Part shown: positions 29,161-37,689 of the stretch, one piece after another
Layout of the letters: the number at the start of each line of letters is the position of its first letter
Numbering within the stretch: position 1 is the stretch's first letter
Virus record (IMG/VR): IMGVR_UViG_3300047322_000561
Coordinates: 2,030-66,029 of that record
Reading direction: 5' to 3' (one strand)
From: a virus
Taxonomy: Duplodnaviria > Caudoviricetes
Length of the DNA stretch: 64,000 nucleotides
Program-made: the position numbers and the translations under genes
The notes under the pieces: generated by a model
What the model was told of the DNA's origin: nothing
The model's database searches: none
What the model saw: the letters and a program-made list of their open reading frames with translations, nothing else

Positions 29161-29499
29161 CTAGTCGAGCTCGAGCACGAGCGCGTCGCCGACGATGACG
29201 CTGTGCAGCCGGCCCGGGTAGAGCTCGGTCGCGCGCTCGTTCTCGGACAAGCCCTTGAGCTGGCCCTCCTCGTTGACGACCAGGCGCACCATGCCCTGCG
29301 GCACGGTGCCGCCGAGCTTGACGCCGAGCTCCTGCTCCAGGTCGCGCAGCGCCAGCGGATGCGGGCGCACGAGCTCGATCCATCCGCCGACGATGGTTTG
29401 CATCGCTTCGAGCGTGGGCCGGAAGTCGCGCACGACCTCGGGCGGCTGGTTGACACGCAGGATGACTGCGACGCGGGGGCGCATGTCCATGTCAGTCAT
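29161..29499 (-). CDS. DUF3846-like protein
   Basis: LEAMQTIVGGWIE..VNEEG....L..N.RAT..IVGD. Confidence 0.8.
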   Translation of the reverse strand: MTDMDMRPRVAVILRVNQPPEVVRDFRPTLEAMQTIVGGWIELVRPHPLALRDLEQELGVKLGGTVPQGMVRLVVNEEGQLKGLSENERATELYPGRLHSVIVGDALVLELD

Positions 29500-29890
29500 C
29501 GGTGATGTCCTCCGGGCGCAGGCGCGCGTCGAGAATGTTGGTGCGGGTCAGCGTCTCGAAGTCGAGCACGATCATGGCGGGCGGCTGCTCGGGGTGCGCC
29601 TCCCAGAGCGCAGCGATGCGCGCGCGGAAGTGCTCGACGGTCGGGCAGAACGTCTGCGTGCAGTCGCCCTCGGCGTAGCAGAACGTCTGGCGCAGCTCGA
29701 CGTTGACCCAGACGCCGAAGTACCAGGCATCCTGGTCGGTGTCCCACTGTTGCCAGCCGAGGGCGAGCAGCTTGTGGTCGTAGATGTAGCGCTCGCCCTC
29801 CTGGCGGAACCAGGACGCGACGTCGTTGCCTTCGGCGAGCGTCTGCTCAGAGAAGTTGGGGCGCACGTTGTCGACGTACACGCGCGTCAC
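29492..29890 (-). CDS. hypothetical phage protein
   Basis: GWQQWDTDQDAWYFGVWVN..YAEGD; overlap-coupled. Confidence 0.7.
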   Translation of the reverse strand: MTRVYVDNVRPNFSEQTLAEGNDVASWFRQEGERYIYDHKLLALGWQQWDTDQDAWYFGVWVNVELRQTFCYAEGDCTQTFCPTVEHFRARIAALWEAHPEQPPAMIVLDFETLTRTNILDARLRPEDITDD

Positions 29891-30162
29891 GACGCACCTC
29901 CGTCAAGGTCGAGGTCCGCGATCGCGCCCTGCGTGCGACGCACGCGCAAGAGCTGCCCGTACTCGTCCTCGCTCGCGCGCTTGTGCGCCCGGACAGAAGA
30001 CTCGACGTGCTCGCAGCGCGCCGCGACGTCGCCGCGCGCGTGCGCTTCCATCGCGTGCGCCATCTGCTCGCAGGCGATCGAGTATTGCCGATTGCGCGCA
30101 GTCGCAGCGATGCGACGCAGCGCGCCGACCGTGGACTGCTGCATGTCGAGAAGGCTCAGCAT
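29887..30162 (-). CDS. hypothetical protein
   Basis: GGAGG RBS; overlap-coupled. Confidence 0.55.
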   Translation of the reverse strand: MLSLLDMQQSTVGALRRIAATARNRQYSIACEQMAHAMEAHARGDVAARCEHVESSVRAHKRASEDEYGQLLRVRRTQGAIADLDLDGGAS

Positions 30163-30353
30163 GCGGCCTCCTGGCTGCGCACGAGCTGCGCGAGCGCGAG
30201 GCGCACGACGGTGGCGGTGGTGGTGCGCAGCTGGCGCGCGAGCGTCTCGAGCTGCGCGGCGTCGCCGGGGCTCAGGCGCACGACGACGCGCTCGCCGAGG
30301 CGAACGTTCGCGGGCAGCGGCGGGCGGCCGGGCTTGCGGGTCCCGGTGTTCAT
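30156..30353 (-). CDS. ribbon-helix-helix (CopG-like) protein 1
   Basis: KPGRPPLP..VVVRL....L..LA....T...VVR.AL. Confidence 0.75.
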   Translation of the reverse strand: MNTGTRKPGRPPLPANVRLGERVVVRLSPGDAAQLETLARQLRTTTATVVRLALAQLVRSQEAAC

Positions 30354-30439
30354 GCGCGCCCCAGCAGGACGCGCACAAGCGCAGAGCAGCTGCGCACGTA
30401 CGGCAGCGCAGACATGACGTGGTCGAGGTAGCGTTTCAC
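30350..30439 (-). CDS. 29-aa small ORF
   Basis: AGGAG RBS, GTG start, ATGA overlap with RHH1. Confidence 0.45.
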   Translation of the reverse strand: MKRYLDHVMSALPYVRSCSALVRVLLGRA

Positions 30440-30553
30440 GGGTGTCTCCTATCGGCTCGGGGTAACAGCTACCCCGCGACTAGGCTCGAGCTCTCGCCGG
30501 CTAGAGCACAGTCGCGGCGCAGACGCGCAGCGAGGGCGCGTGCGTCACGACGT

Positions 30554-31006
30554 TCAGCGGACGAGGTCGAGAATGCGCTGCGCGATGCGCAGGCCCTCTG
30601 CGATGCCAGCGGCGCGCGGGTCGGCGGCCTCGTCCTGCGCGCGCTTGCGGGCGGCGGCGAGCTGCACCGCGAGGGCGCCCTGCGCCTGCGTGAGCGTCAC
30701 GCCGAGGTCGAGCGACTGCTGCGCGGGCTGCTGCGCCGCCGCCTTCTGGGCGGGCTGCTGCGCGACGGCGGGCGCCTTGACGGGCGCCGCGACGACGGGC
30801 GCGGGCTGCGCCTTCTGCGCCTTCTTCTTCGCGTACCAGCGAGCGGCGGCGGCGCGCTTGGCCTCGAGGCGCGACGCGACACGGGCCTCCTCGGCGGCGA
30901 TCTCGGCGGCGCGCTGCACGGCGAGTCGGTCCTTCGGGGACAGCGTCTTGGCGCGAGCGGAGACGACGGTGGAGACGGGGGCGGACTTCTTGATGAGCTT
31001 CGACAT
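30554..31006 (-). CDS. Lys/Ala-rich protein with QQSLDL motif
   Basis: Basic low-complexity sequence; own promoter-like region upstream. Confidence 0.65.
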   Translation of the reverse strand: MSKLIKKSAPVSTVVSARAKTLSPKDRLAVQRAAEIAAEEARVASRLEAKRAAAARWYAKKKAQKAQPAPVVAAPVKAPAVAQQPAQKAAAQQPAQQSLDLGVTLTQAQGALAVQLAAARKRAQDEAADPRAAGIAEGLRIAQRILDLVR

Positions 31007-31171
31007 GGGGGTACTGCTTCTGCGGGCGGGAGAGGGGCGCGGCACCCTGCCGCCCGACCTGCTCACCACCACGCAAAACAAGCATGCGCTTTCTTGGCAG
31101 CCAAGTAAACGGGCAATAGTTGGCTGCCCGATAACCGCGCGTGGTTACGCGCTCTTGGCGATGCGCTTTTT

Positions 31172-31363
31172 TCAGAGCTTGCGGGCGGCCAGCTCGGCGA
31201 CCGCCAGGCGCACGACCTCTACATCGCTGAGCCCGAGCTGCCTGCTCAGCGCGTGAAGCTGCGCGAGCGCGCTCGGCACGAAGCGCACGGTGACGCGGTC
31301 TGCGCTGCGCTTTGCAGCAGGTAGCGGGGGGCGCCCGCGCTTCGGTGTTTTCTTGGCGGCCAT
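31172..31363 (-). CDS. RHH protein 2
   Basis: KRGRPPLP..VTVRF....L..L....S..EVVR.AV. Confidence 0.75.
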   Translation of the reverse strand: MAAKKTPKRGRPPLPAAKRSADRVTVRFVPSALAQLHALSRQLGLSDVEVVRLAVAELAARKL

Positions 31364-31401
31364 CTAGTCGACAGCTACACGACGCGCCCGCGCACGTCGA
31401 G

Positions 31402-31596
31402 CTATCGCACGCGCTTGCGCTTGGCAAACTCCCGCAGCGCGCGTCGCACCACGTCGGCCGGCCCCAGCCCCAGCTGCGCACACAGCTCAGTCAGCGCGAG
31501 CTCGTCCTCCGGGTACAGGCGCGCGACCACGCGCCGCTCTGCGCGCGCGAGGCCCGGTTGCGCGCGCCCGCGCCGCTTCTTCGCTGCTCCAGTCAA
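31402..31596 (-). CDS. RHH protein 3
   Basis: KRRGR..VVARLYPED...L..LCAQL....DVVRRAL. Confidence 0.7.
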   Translation of the reverse strand: MTGAAKKRRGRAQPGLARAERRVVARLYPEDELALTELCAQLGLGPADVVRRALREFAKRKRVR

Positions 31597-31678
31597 TGCC
31601 TTTGCCCTGCCGTAAAAATGTCTGACACAAAGGACGCATGCTGCAGCGCTGCCCAGTAGCTGTCAACAGCACCCTGCT

Positions 31679-31903
31679 CTATTGCGCGGCGTCGTGCGCG
31701 CGAACTGCATGCCTGCGCGCGAGCAGCTGCAGCGCGGCGCGAATGATCTCGCCCTCGCTGCTGTCGAGCTTCGCGCAAAGCTTGGCGAGCAGCTTCTCGT
31801 CGTCCGGGTACAGGCGCACGCTGATGCGCCGCACTGCGCGCTGCTCAGGCGGCAACGCCGGCCGACCTACTGCGCCAGCTTTGTGAAGACTCTTTTTGGT
31901 CAA
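31679..31903 (-). CDS. RHH protein 4
   Basis: VGRPALP..ISVRLYPDD...L..LCAKL..S..EIIRAAL. Confidence 0.75.
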   Translation of the reverse strand: MTKKSLHKAGAVGRPALPPEQRAVRRISVRLYPDDEKLLAKLCAKLDSSEGEIIRAALQLLARRHAVRAHDAAQ

Positions 31904-32135
31904 CGGCGCGACCCTAGTCTGACTGACGTGAAATCGCGTGAAACTGAGTGGCCATAGTTGGGCACCTCTATATCACCGGAGCGGCGCACTAGGAAAAATC
32001 ATGGGCGCGATTGGCAGCGCGGCAAAGTGTACGCGCACCGCGCGCTCGCAACGTTCGACGTAGTTTGTCCTATGCGCTGGCTGCCTTCAGTATTTGTTCA
32101 GTCCGACGTGCGCTCGGGGCGCGCCTCCCCCGGCG

Positions 32136-32630
32136 TCAGTCCGCATCGTCCCAGACCGGCACGACTTGCAGCTCGTCCCGTTTGAGCCCGTGCCGGCGTG
32201 CAACTCCGTCCAATTCCCGTTCGGCCTCAGCGCGCGTGTCATAGCGCAAGTCCTTGAGCAGCCCGCGCGCGGGCTCCCAGTCCTGTCGACTCTCATTCCA
32301 GCGCTGCCATGTGAACCTCGCGCCGAGCTCGAGCTCGCGCGAGCGGCGGGTCGCTAGCTCGCGCATGCGCTCGCCGAAGCCATCGATGCTGTCCGCGTAC
32401 GTGCCGCCCGGCGCGCGGCCGATCATCGCGATCACTGTCAGGGCCGCAGGCAGGCGCACGTGATCAAACTGCCACAAGTCGTTCAGGTGAAAGCCTCCGA
32501 GCTCGGAGGCATTCCACCAGCTGCACAAGAGACGCCGCATGCGCAGGCCCGTACTGCTGTGGCCCTCGGCCATCTCGAAGACGACATCGAGCGCGCGCAG
32601 CTCGGCGTCGGTGGGAATGAACTTGGCCAT
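32136..32630 (-). CDS. hypothetical protein
   Basis: LLCSWWNA..GGFHL.DLW..D motif. Confidence 0.65.
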   Translation of the reverse strand: MAKFIPTDAELRALDVVFEMAEGHSSTGLRMRRLLCSWWNASELGGFHLNDLWQFDHVRLPAALTVIAMIGRAPGGTYADSIDGFGERMRELATRRSRELELGARFTWQRWNESRQDWEPARGLLKDLRYDTRAEAERELDGVARRHGLKRDELQVVPVWDDAD

Positions 32631-32631
32631 G

Positions 32632-32781
32632 TTAGACCTGGCACTCCCCGTCGCGATGCGTGCGCGCGCTGTGGCCGCAGTGCGGACACACGTAGTCGTC
32701 GTCGGGCGGATCGGGCGGCAGGTCTGGCCAGTGCGGCACGAGGCGCTTGTCGTTCGGCACTTCGTGAAACGGGTTGTCCAT
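32632..32781 (-). CDS. 49-aa Cys/His protein
   Basis: MDNPF..CPHCGH...H...C; abuts next gene. Confidence 0.5.
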   Translation of the reverse strand: MDNPFHEVPNDKRLVPHWPDLPPDPPDDDYVCPHCGHSARTHRDGECQV

Positions 32782-32807
32782 CGGGCGGGGGGCCATTGCG
32801 TTGAGCA

Positions 32808-33056
32808 TCAGCTTGTCTCCTCAGGTTGGCATACCTCGATCGGCTCGAGCTTCGCCCAGCGTCGAGCGCAGCGCGCGCACGTGACGAGCGGCGCCTCGTA
32901 CTCTGACCAGCCTGCGCTGCGTCGGCCAGGCTTAGCGCCGCACAGCGCCGACCAGTTCGCGCCCTGCACTGCATGCGCGACCCTACCCGTGTCGCGCTCG
33001 GCGCCGTTGGCGCAGCGACCGAGCAGTCTACGAGGGGCGATTGCGTTCTTGACCAT
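32808..33056 (-). CDS. small Cys-containing protein
   Basis: HAV..ALCG..VTCARC. Confidence 0.6.
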   Translation of the reverse strand: MVKNAIAPRRLLGRCANGAERDTGRVAHAVQGANWSALCGAKPGRRSAGWSEYEAPLVTCARCARRWAKLEPIEVCQPEETS

Positions 33057-34006
33057 CAGCTTGCTTTCGCCTTCCGCGCCACGATCCGGCGCCCGAGCTC
33101 ATGCACAGCAATGCACAGCTGCCCGTACCGGTCAGCGTCGCCCACGCTGCTGTCGCGCAGCCCGCGCAGCGTCGCGAACTGCAGCTCGAGCTCAGCGAGC
33201 GACCCCGGCGCCGGCGTGTCTGGCGCCGGCCTGATCGAGCGCAGCCCCGGCCCCGCCTTCGCCATCGTGCGCATCGTGCCGAGCACGTACCCGGCAGGGT
33301 TGGGAACCTGCGCGGCTGAGCGTCTGAGAAGCGCAGCGAGGGCGGGCGCAGCGACGTGCGCCAGCTGCTGCCCTTCCCGCTTCTGCAAGAGCTGCCAGAC
33401 CTGGCCGTAGTGCGGCCAGCCCCAGCGCGCGCAGACGAGCTCGAGGGGGCTGCCACGCACGGGCTCTGGGACATTCTCGGGCTCGGGAAATTTCAAACCT
33501 CTGCCAACAGCCGCGAGCGCAGCTCGGTCCTCGGGCGTCAGGTCATCCACAGGCGGGCAGTTATCCACAGGGCTCACGCGCGCAGCAACAGTCTCCTCTG
33601 GGATCTCTTTCTGTTGGTTGCTCACGACGCTGCGCCCCCTAGTCATCGTGACGTGGGCAGGCGCCAGGTCGACGACGAGCTCGCGCTCGAGCGCTTCGAA
33701 CGCAAGCACCGCGTACGAGTTCGCCGTCTGCGAGTGGTCCTCGTCCTCGCGGAAGCACGGCTTGCTCGCGATGTAGCCGGCGCGCTCAAGGGCCTTGGTC
33801 GCGCGGTAGGACGTCGAGGGGCTGAACCCGCTGAGCTCGCCAAGGTCTGCATGCGAGACGACGGCGCCGCCCTCCCCGCCGTCGTCGAGCGCGTACAGGG
33901 TGATCAGCGCCATGCGCTCGGCAGCGCTCGAGCCGGGCGGCAGGTAGCCCCAGAGCTGTCGCAGCTGGGCTTTGAACAGGCGCTGCGCGCGCAGGCGCTC
34001 AGCCAT
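33056..34006 (-). CDS. winged-HTH replication initiator (candidate plasmid-state Rep)
   Basis: SHADLGELSGFSPSTSYRATKALERAGYI..N.Y HTH; internal DnaA boxes (PVDN); NPAGY motif. Confidence 0.7.
   Translation of the reverse strand: MAERLRAQRLFKAQLRQLWGYLPPGSSAAERMALITLYALDDGGEGGAVVSHADLGELSGFSPSTSYRATKALERAGYIASKPCFREDEDHSQTANSYAVLAFEALERELVVDLAPAHVTMTRGRSVVSNQQKEIPEETVAARVSPVDNCPPVDDLTPEDRAALAAVGRGLKFPEPENVPEPVRGSPLELVCARWGWPHYGQVWQLLQKREGQQLAHVAAPALAALLRRSAAQVPNPAGYVLGTMRTMAKAGPGLRSIRPAPDTPAPGSLAELELQFATLRGLRDSSVGDADRYGQLCIAVHELGRRIVARKAKAS
33543..33569 (+). promoter_or_regulatory. two DnaA boxes (candidate origin)
   Basis: TCATCCACA 33543-33551 and consensus TTATCCACA 33561-33569. Confidence 0.7.
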
Positions 34007-34469
34007 GGCGCGCCTCGACGATCTGCTCGAAGCGAGCAGCGTGCTCAAGCTCCACACATCTGAGCCGAGCGTGACAGTCCCGGCAGAGCGTGACTCCATT
34101 GCGGCGGTCGAGCGCGCGCTCAGGGTACGCAGCCTGCGGGTAGATGTGATGAGCTTCCAGCTCGCGCTGCGCACCGCAGTCTACGCAGCGATGGCCGTCG
34201 AGCTTGAACACGGCACGCTTCCAGCCCTTCAGCTTCGGAGTACGCCTTGGTGCTGCTCTCTCAGCAGAGCACAGGCAAACGCCCTTGGCAGGTCGCTGCA
34301 GCAGACCTGTCATCTGCAGCGTGATGAGCGCCAGCTGCGTTTTCTCGTGGCTGATAGCGGCTTCGCGTTGGAGTTCTTGTTGCCACGCAGTCACGAGCGG
34401 GAAGCGGTCGCGTAGCGCGAGAAGCTCCGCAATGCGCAGAGCGTTAGCGTCGCTGGTCTTGGCCTTCAC
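33999..34469 (-). CDS. HNH endonuclease (start uncertain)
   Basis: WKRAVF.LD...CVDCG....LEAHHI......N.VTLCRDCH. Confidence 0.85.
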   Translation of the reverse strand: MKAKTSDANALRIAELLALRDRFPLVTAWQQELQREAAISHEKTQLALITLQMTGLLQRPAKGVCLCSAERAAPRRTPKLKGWKRAVFKLDGHRCVDCGAQRELEAHHIYPQAAYPERALDRRNGVTLCRDCHARLRCVELEHAARFEQIVEARHG

Positions 34470-34547
34470 CTGTGCGAGCCACACTGCTCGGGTGTCGACC
34501 GCGATGCGGCGATCGGACGTAGCGCCAACTTGGGACGCGACAAATCC

Positions 34548-34576
34548 TTGCGCGGTGTGGTCGTCGCTGATAGTTT
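34548..34576 (+). promoter_or_regulatory. sigma70-type promoter of counter-transcript
   Basis: TTGCGC-N17-TAGTTT with extended TG. Confidence 0.6.
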
Positions 34577-34582
34577 CTGCGG

Positions 34583-34670
34583 GTCGAGGGCGCACGTCGC
34601 TCCTCCTCAAGCGCCTCGTTTTCCTCCTCTGCCGCCAAAGCGAAAAGGGAAACGGGGCGTTCGGCTTTTA
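34583..34670 (+). ncRNA. candidate antisense copy-control RNA
   Basis: 15-bp stem 34611-34625/34646-34660 (with G-U pairs), CGCCAA in loop, short U-tract; antisense to the rep operon leader. Confidence 0.6.
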
Positions 34671-34920
34671 ACGGTCTGGGTTCGGCGGCCGGGCAGCAGC
34701 AGCGCAGCGCGGTCACATGACGCGCATACAACGACCTCGTGCGGCAGGCGCCAAGTTTCTGTCAGACACGCCGCCGGAATCCGATTTCCAGCGCTCTTTT
34801 ACAGCACGGCTGCGCGCGAAAGCGCACGCGGAGGCGATCCGTCTGCCGCGATAGGCGATCGCATCGCGTCGCAAGGAAGCGTGGCGATTGCGGCACGTTG
34901 CGAGCGCGTCGGCAGCTTTC

Positions 34921-35014
34921 TTGCGAACCTATTCCGGCTCCGGTATAGGTCGACGACGGCTCCATCCTGGAGCCTGAACGGAGCCAGTGGCCAGTATGGA
35001 GCCAATGCAGAGCC
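34921..35014 (+). promoter_or_regulatory. parA promoter with RGAGCC operator/centromere array 1
   Basis: TTGCGA-N17-TATAGG; GGCTCC at 34936 and 34958; RGAGCC at 34969, 34980, 34998, 35009. Confidence 0.7.
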
Positions 35015-35763
35015 AAGGAGTCCCCGAGATATGGCTCGTGGGCGGAGACAAGGGCGGCGCGGGCAAGAGCACCTTCGCAGCCATGATCGCGGCAGCCATC
35101 GGCACAGTGCGAAAGCAGCCCGTGACGATCATCGACACGGACGTGCTGACCAAGGACGTGAGCATGTGGCTGGGCACGCGCCTGCGCGACTGGCCGAACC
35201 TGCCGGCCATCGTCGGCAGGTTCGAGACCGAGGAGGTTGCGACGCGAGCTTGCGAGGAGCGGGACAAGGGGCGCTTCGTTGTCATCGATGTCGGCGGGCG
35301 CGACTCCGAGCAGATGCGCGTCGCGATGAGCGTGGCCGACGTGCTGCTCATGCCGATCCAGCCCAGCCAGTTTGACCTCTTCAGCTGCAAGCGCATGACC
35401 AAGCGCGTCGCTGAGGTCCGGCGTTGGAACCCCAAGCTGCGTGCCTGGTTCTTCATCAACCGCGCGGACACCAAGGCTCAGCTCGCGCACCTGGCCGAGG
35501 AGGCGCACGAGCTCTGCAGCAGCTTCGGCCCCACCGTGCTCACGGCTGACGCCGTCATCCATCAGCGCGTTGGCTTCGCCTACGCAGCGCGCGACGGGCT
35601 CGGCATCCTCGAGGTCAAGAACGCGCACCAGGCCGCCGACGAGTTCTGGGCGCTCATGCTCGAGGTCGCCCCTGAGCTTGCTGAGCTCGACGACGCGCCG
35701 CTGCGTAGAGCCAACGTGAAGCCGATACAGAGCCACACTGGAGCCGAGGTAGAGCCGTCATGA
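34987..35763 (+). CDS. parA: ParA partition ATPase (short, type Ib-like)
   Basis: Deviant Walker A KGGAGKST, IIDTD, VVIDVGG, ADVLLMPIQPSQFD; no N-terminal HTH. Confidence 0.92.
   Translation: MASMEPMQSQGVPEIWLVGGDKGGAGKSTFAAMIAAAIGTVRKQPVTIIDTDVLTKDVSMWLGTRLRDWPNLPAIVGRFETEEVATRACEERDKGRFVVIDVGGRDSEQMRVAMSVADVLLMPIQPSQFDLFSCKRMTKRVAEVRRWNPKLRAWFFINRADTKAQLAHLAEEAHELCSSFGPTVLTADAVIHQRVGFAYAARDGLGILEVKNAHQAADEFWALMLEVAPELAELDDAPLRRANVKPIQSHTGAEVEPS
35707..35756 (+). repeat. centromere-like array 2: five RGAGCC-like units at 11-bp period
   Basis: Units start 35707, 35718 (GAAGCC), 35729, 35740, 35751. Confidence 0.85.
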
Positions 35764-36104
35764 CGCCAGCACGCAAAGCCTTCCAGACAGAGGTAGAGCT
35801 GCCTTCCGAGGGCACACCGGAGTCGCTTGCGGAGTGGACGAGCGCTGCGCCTGAGTCGACGCGCAAGCCCAAGCTGACCCCGAAGCCGTGGGCGCGCTTC
35901 GACAAGCACGCAGAGTCGAAGATCACGTTCAACCTGCGGCTCAACGACTACGAGCGCGAGCTGCTCGACGCAGCCGCGAAGCTAGGCAGCCGCTCGATGC
36001 AGAGGGAAGCCAAGCGCATTCTCATCGCCGGCCTCGAGAAGGCACTGCGCGGAGCCAAAGCGGAGCCGTCTCAGAGCCACACCGGAGCCGAGGAGGAGCC
36101 GTGA
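35760..36104 (+). CDS. RHH centromere-binding partner of ParA
   Basis: Disordered N-terminus then PW..ITFNLRLNDYERELL; overlap-coupled to parA. Confidence 0.75.
   Translation: MTPARKAFQTEVELPSEGTPESLAEWTSAAPESTRKPKLTPKPWARFDKHAESKITFNLRLNDYERELLDAAAKLGSRSMQREAKRILIAGLEKALRGAKAEPSQSHTGAEEEP
36051..36100 (+). repeat. centromere-like array 3: five RGAGCC units at 11-bp period
   Basis: Units start 36051, 36062, 36073, 36084, 36095. Confidence 0.88.
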
Positions 36105-36361
36105 CGAGTAACAGGCTGTCTCGCTCTGCGCCGGACATCGACCTTGCGCGCGTGCGCGAGGTCGCGGCGCTCGCCAAGACCAAGAGCATCACCGGCGCGT
36201 GCGTCGAGTGCCGCGCCGAGCTCGCGCCGCGCGAGCGCTTTCTCGAGTGGGTCGTGCTCGAGCTGCTCGAGCAGCGCCCCGCAGACATGCTCGAGCGCCT
36301 GCGCGACCTGGCTGAGTTTCGATGCGTGGCGTGCAGCGCCAAGACGGGAAGGGGCGCCTGA
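36101..36361 (+). CDS. small zinc-finger-like protein
   Basis: CVEC..CVAC. Confidence 0.6.
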   Translation: MTSNRLSRSAPDIDLARVREVAALAKTKSITGACVECRAELAPRERFLEWVVLELLEQRPADMLERLRDLAEFRCVACSAKTGRGA

Positions 36362-36363
36362 CG

Positions 36364-36753
36364 ATGCCTAACCCCGACCCCCACCGCGAGCTCGCCACGC
36401 TCGAGACCTGCGACACGTACCTCGAGTTCGGCGTCTGCACGTGCTGGCCGAAGTGCGAGCCGACGACTGCGCCGGACCCGCTCGCCGCAGTCAAACACCG
36501 CATCGCCGAGCTGCGCGGCCTGGTCTTCGGCATCAGCAGCGATGCGCTCGCCAAGCTGCCCGAGCTCGAGCGCCGGCTCATCACCGAGACGCGCGCGCAC
36601 CTGGCGGAGTACGACCGCGCCGAGCGCACCGCTGGCGTCTGCAGGTGCGGGCACACGACGGCCGACCATCGCAACAACGACTGGAGCAGCTGCCAGTTCA
36701 AGGGCTGCGACTGCGCAGGCTTCTTGGCGCGAGGGGAGGGCGGTCATGGCTGA
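36364..36753 (+). CDS. hypothetical Cys-rich protein
   Basis: CRCGH...H....C....C.C..F. Confidence 0.6.
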   Translation: MPNPDPHRELATLETCDTYLEFGVCTCWPKCEPTTAPDPLAAVKHRIAELRGLVFGISSDALAKLPELERRLITETRAHLAEYDRAERTAGVCRCGHTTADHRNNDWSSCQFKGCDCAGFLARGEGGHG

Positions 36754-37465
36754 GACCATCAAGCTGCCGCCCGCGTTCCCTCTCTGCTGGCCGGACGACT
36801 GGCCGCGCACCGAGCCGCGCATTCGTGGCCTCGTGCCGAGCAGCGCGCGCGCTGCGGGCGGCACCGGCAACTTCCGGATGACAGCTGGACGCGCCTACGA
36901 CGAGCTTGCGCACGAGCTCGACAACTGGGCCAGCATCGCGTTCCGGCCCAACCAGACGCCGTCGCGCCGCCTGTTCGTGGTCACCTCGAACGTAGTCAGC
37001 AAGCTCGCCGGCCGGCCCGTGAGCGAGGGGCGAAGCACGCGCAACCGCAACGACGATCCTGGCGTGGCGGTCTGGTGGATCGTGCGCGACGTCGCGGGCC
37101 TCAGCCTGCGCGTGGTCGCGTGCGACACGTGGTCGACGGTCGCGCAGAACCTCCGCGCGTGCGGCGTGGTCATCGAGTCGCTGCGCGCGATGGAGCGAGC
37201 GGGTGCAAGCCAGGCGATGGCGCGCACTGAAGCGGGCTTTGTGCCGGTCGGGCTGCCAGCGCCGCGGGCTTGGTGGCGCGAGCTGCTCGACCTGCCTGCG
37301 GACTTCACAGCTGTCGAGGTCGAGCGCGCCTATAAGAAGGCGGCGCTGCGAGCGCACCCGGATCAAGGCGGCTCGGACGAATCGTTCATCGAACTCACGC
37401 GCGCACGCGAGACCGCGCTCCGGTACGCGTCTGCGCCGAGCGCGTCGGCCGGAGGATGCTCATGA
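36746..37465 (+). CDS. phage protein with C-terminal DnaJ (J) domain
   Basis: PLCWPDDWPRT, DPGVAVWW, ACD.W; AYKKAALRAHPDQGGS. Confidence 0.85.
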   Translation: MAETIKLPPAFPLCWPDDWPRTEPRIRGLVPSSARAAGGTGNFRMTAGRAYDELAHELDNWASIAFRPNQTPSRRLFVVTSNVVSKLAGRPVSEGRSTRNRNDDPGVAVWWIVRDVAGLSLRVVACDTWSTVAQNLRACGVVIESLRAMERAGASQAMARTEAGFVPVGLPAPRAWWRELLDLPADFTAVEVERAYKKAALRAHPDQGGSDESFIELTRARETALRYASAPSASAGGCS

Positions 37466-37689
37466 CGACCATCCTCACGCAGGCGGGCGCCGAAGCGCTG
37501 CTGACGCAGCTCGAGCAGGCGCGGGCGCGCATCGTCGAGCTCGAGCAGCAGCTCGCTGAGCTCAAGGTTGCCCACCGCAAAGAGCTCAACGAGCTGCACC
37601 GCGAGCACGCGCGCGACCTGCACGACGCCTGCGCGCAGGCGCGCGACGACGCAGCGTGGGACGCGCGAGAGCGGGAAGGGGGCTACTGA
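37462..37689 (+). CDS. coiled-coil hypothetical protein
   Basis: GGAGG RBS; overlap-coupled. Confidence 0.55.
   Translation: MTTILTQAGAEALLTQLEQARARIVELEQQLAELKVAHRKELNELHREHARDLHDACAQARDDAAWDAREREGGY

Noticed and set aside
31106-31134. Second sigma28-like promoter TAAA-N17-CCCGATAA
   Set aside because: Spacer too long, -10 imperfect and no sense gene downstream; an antisense role cannot be excluded but is unsupported.
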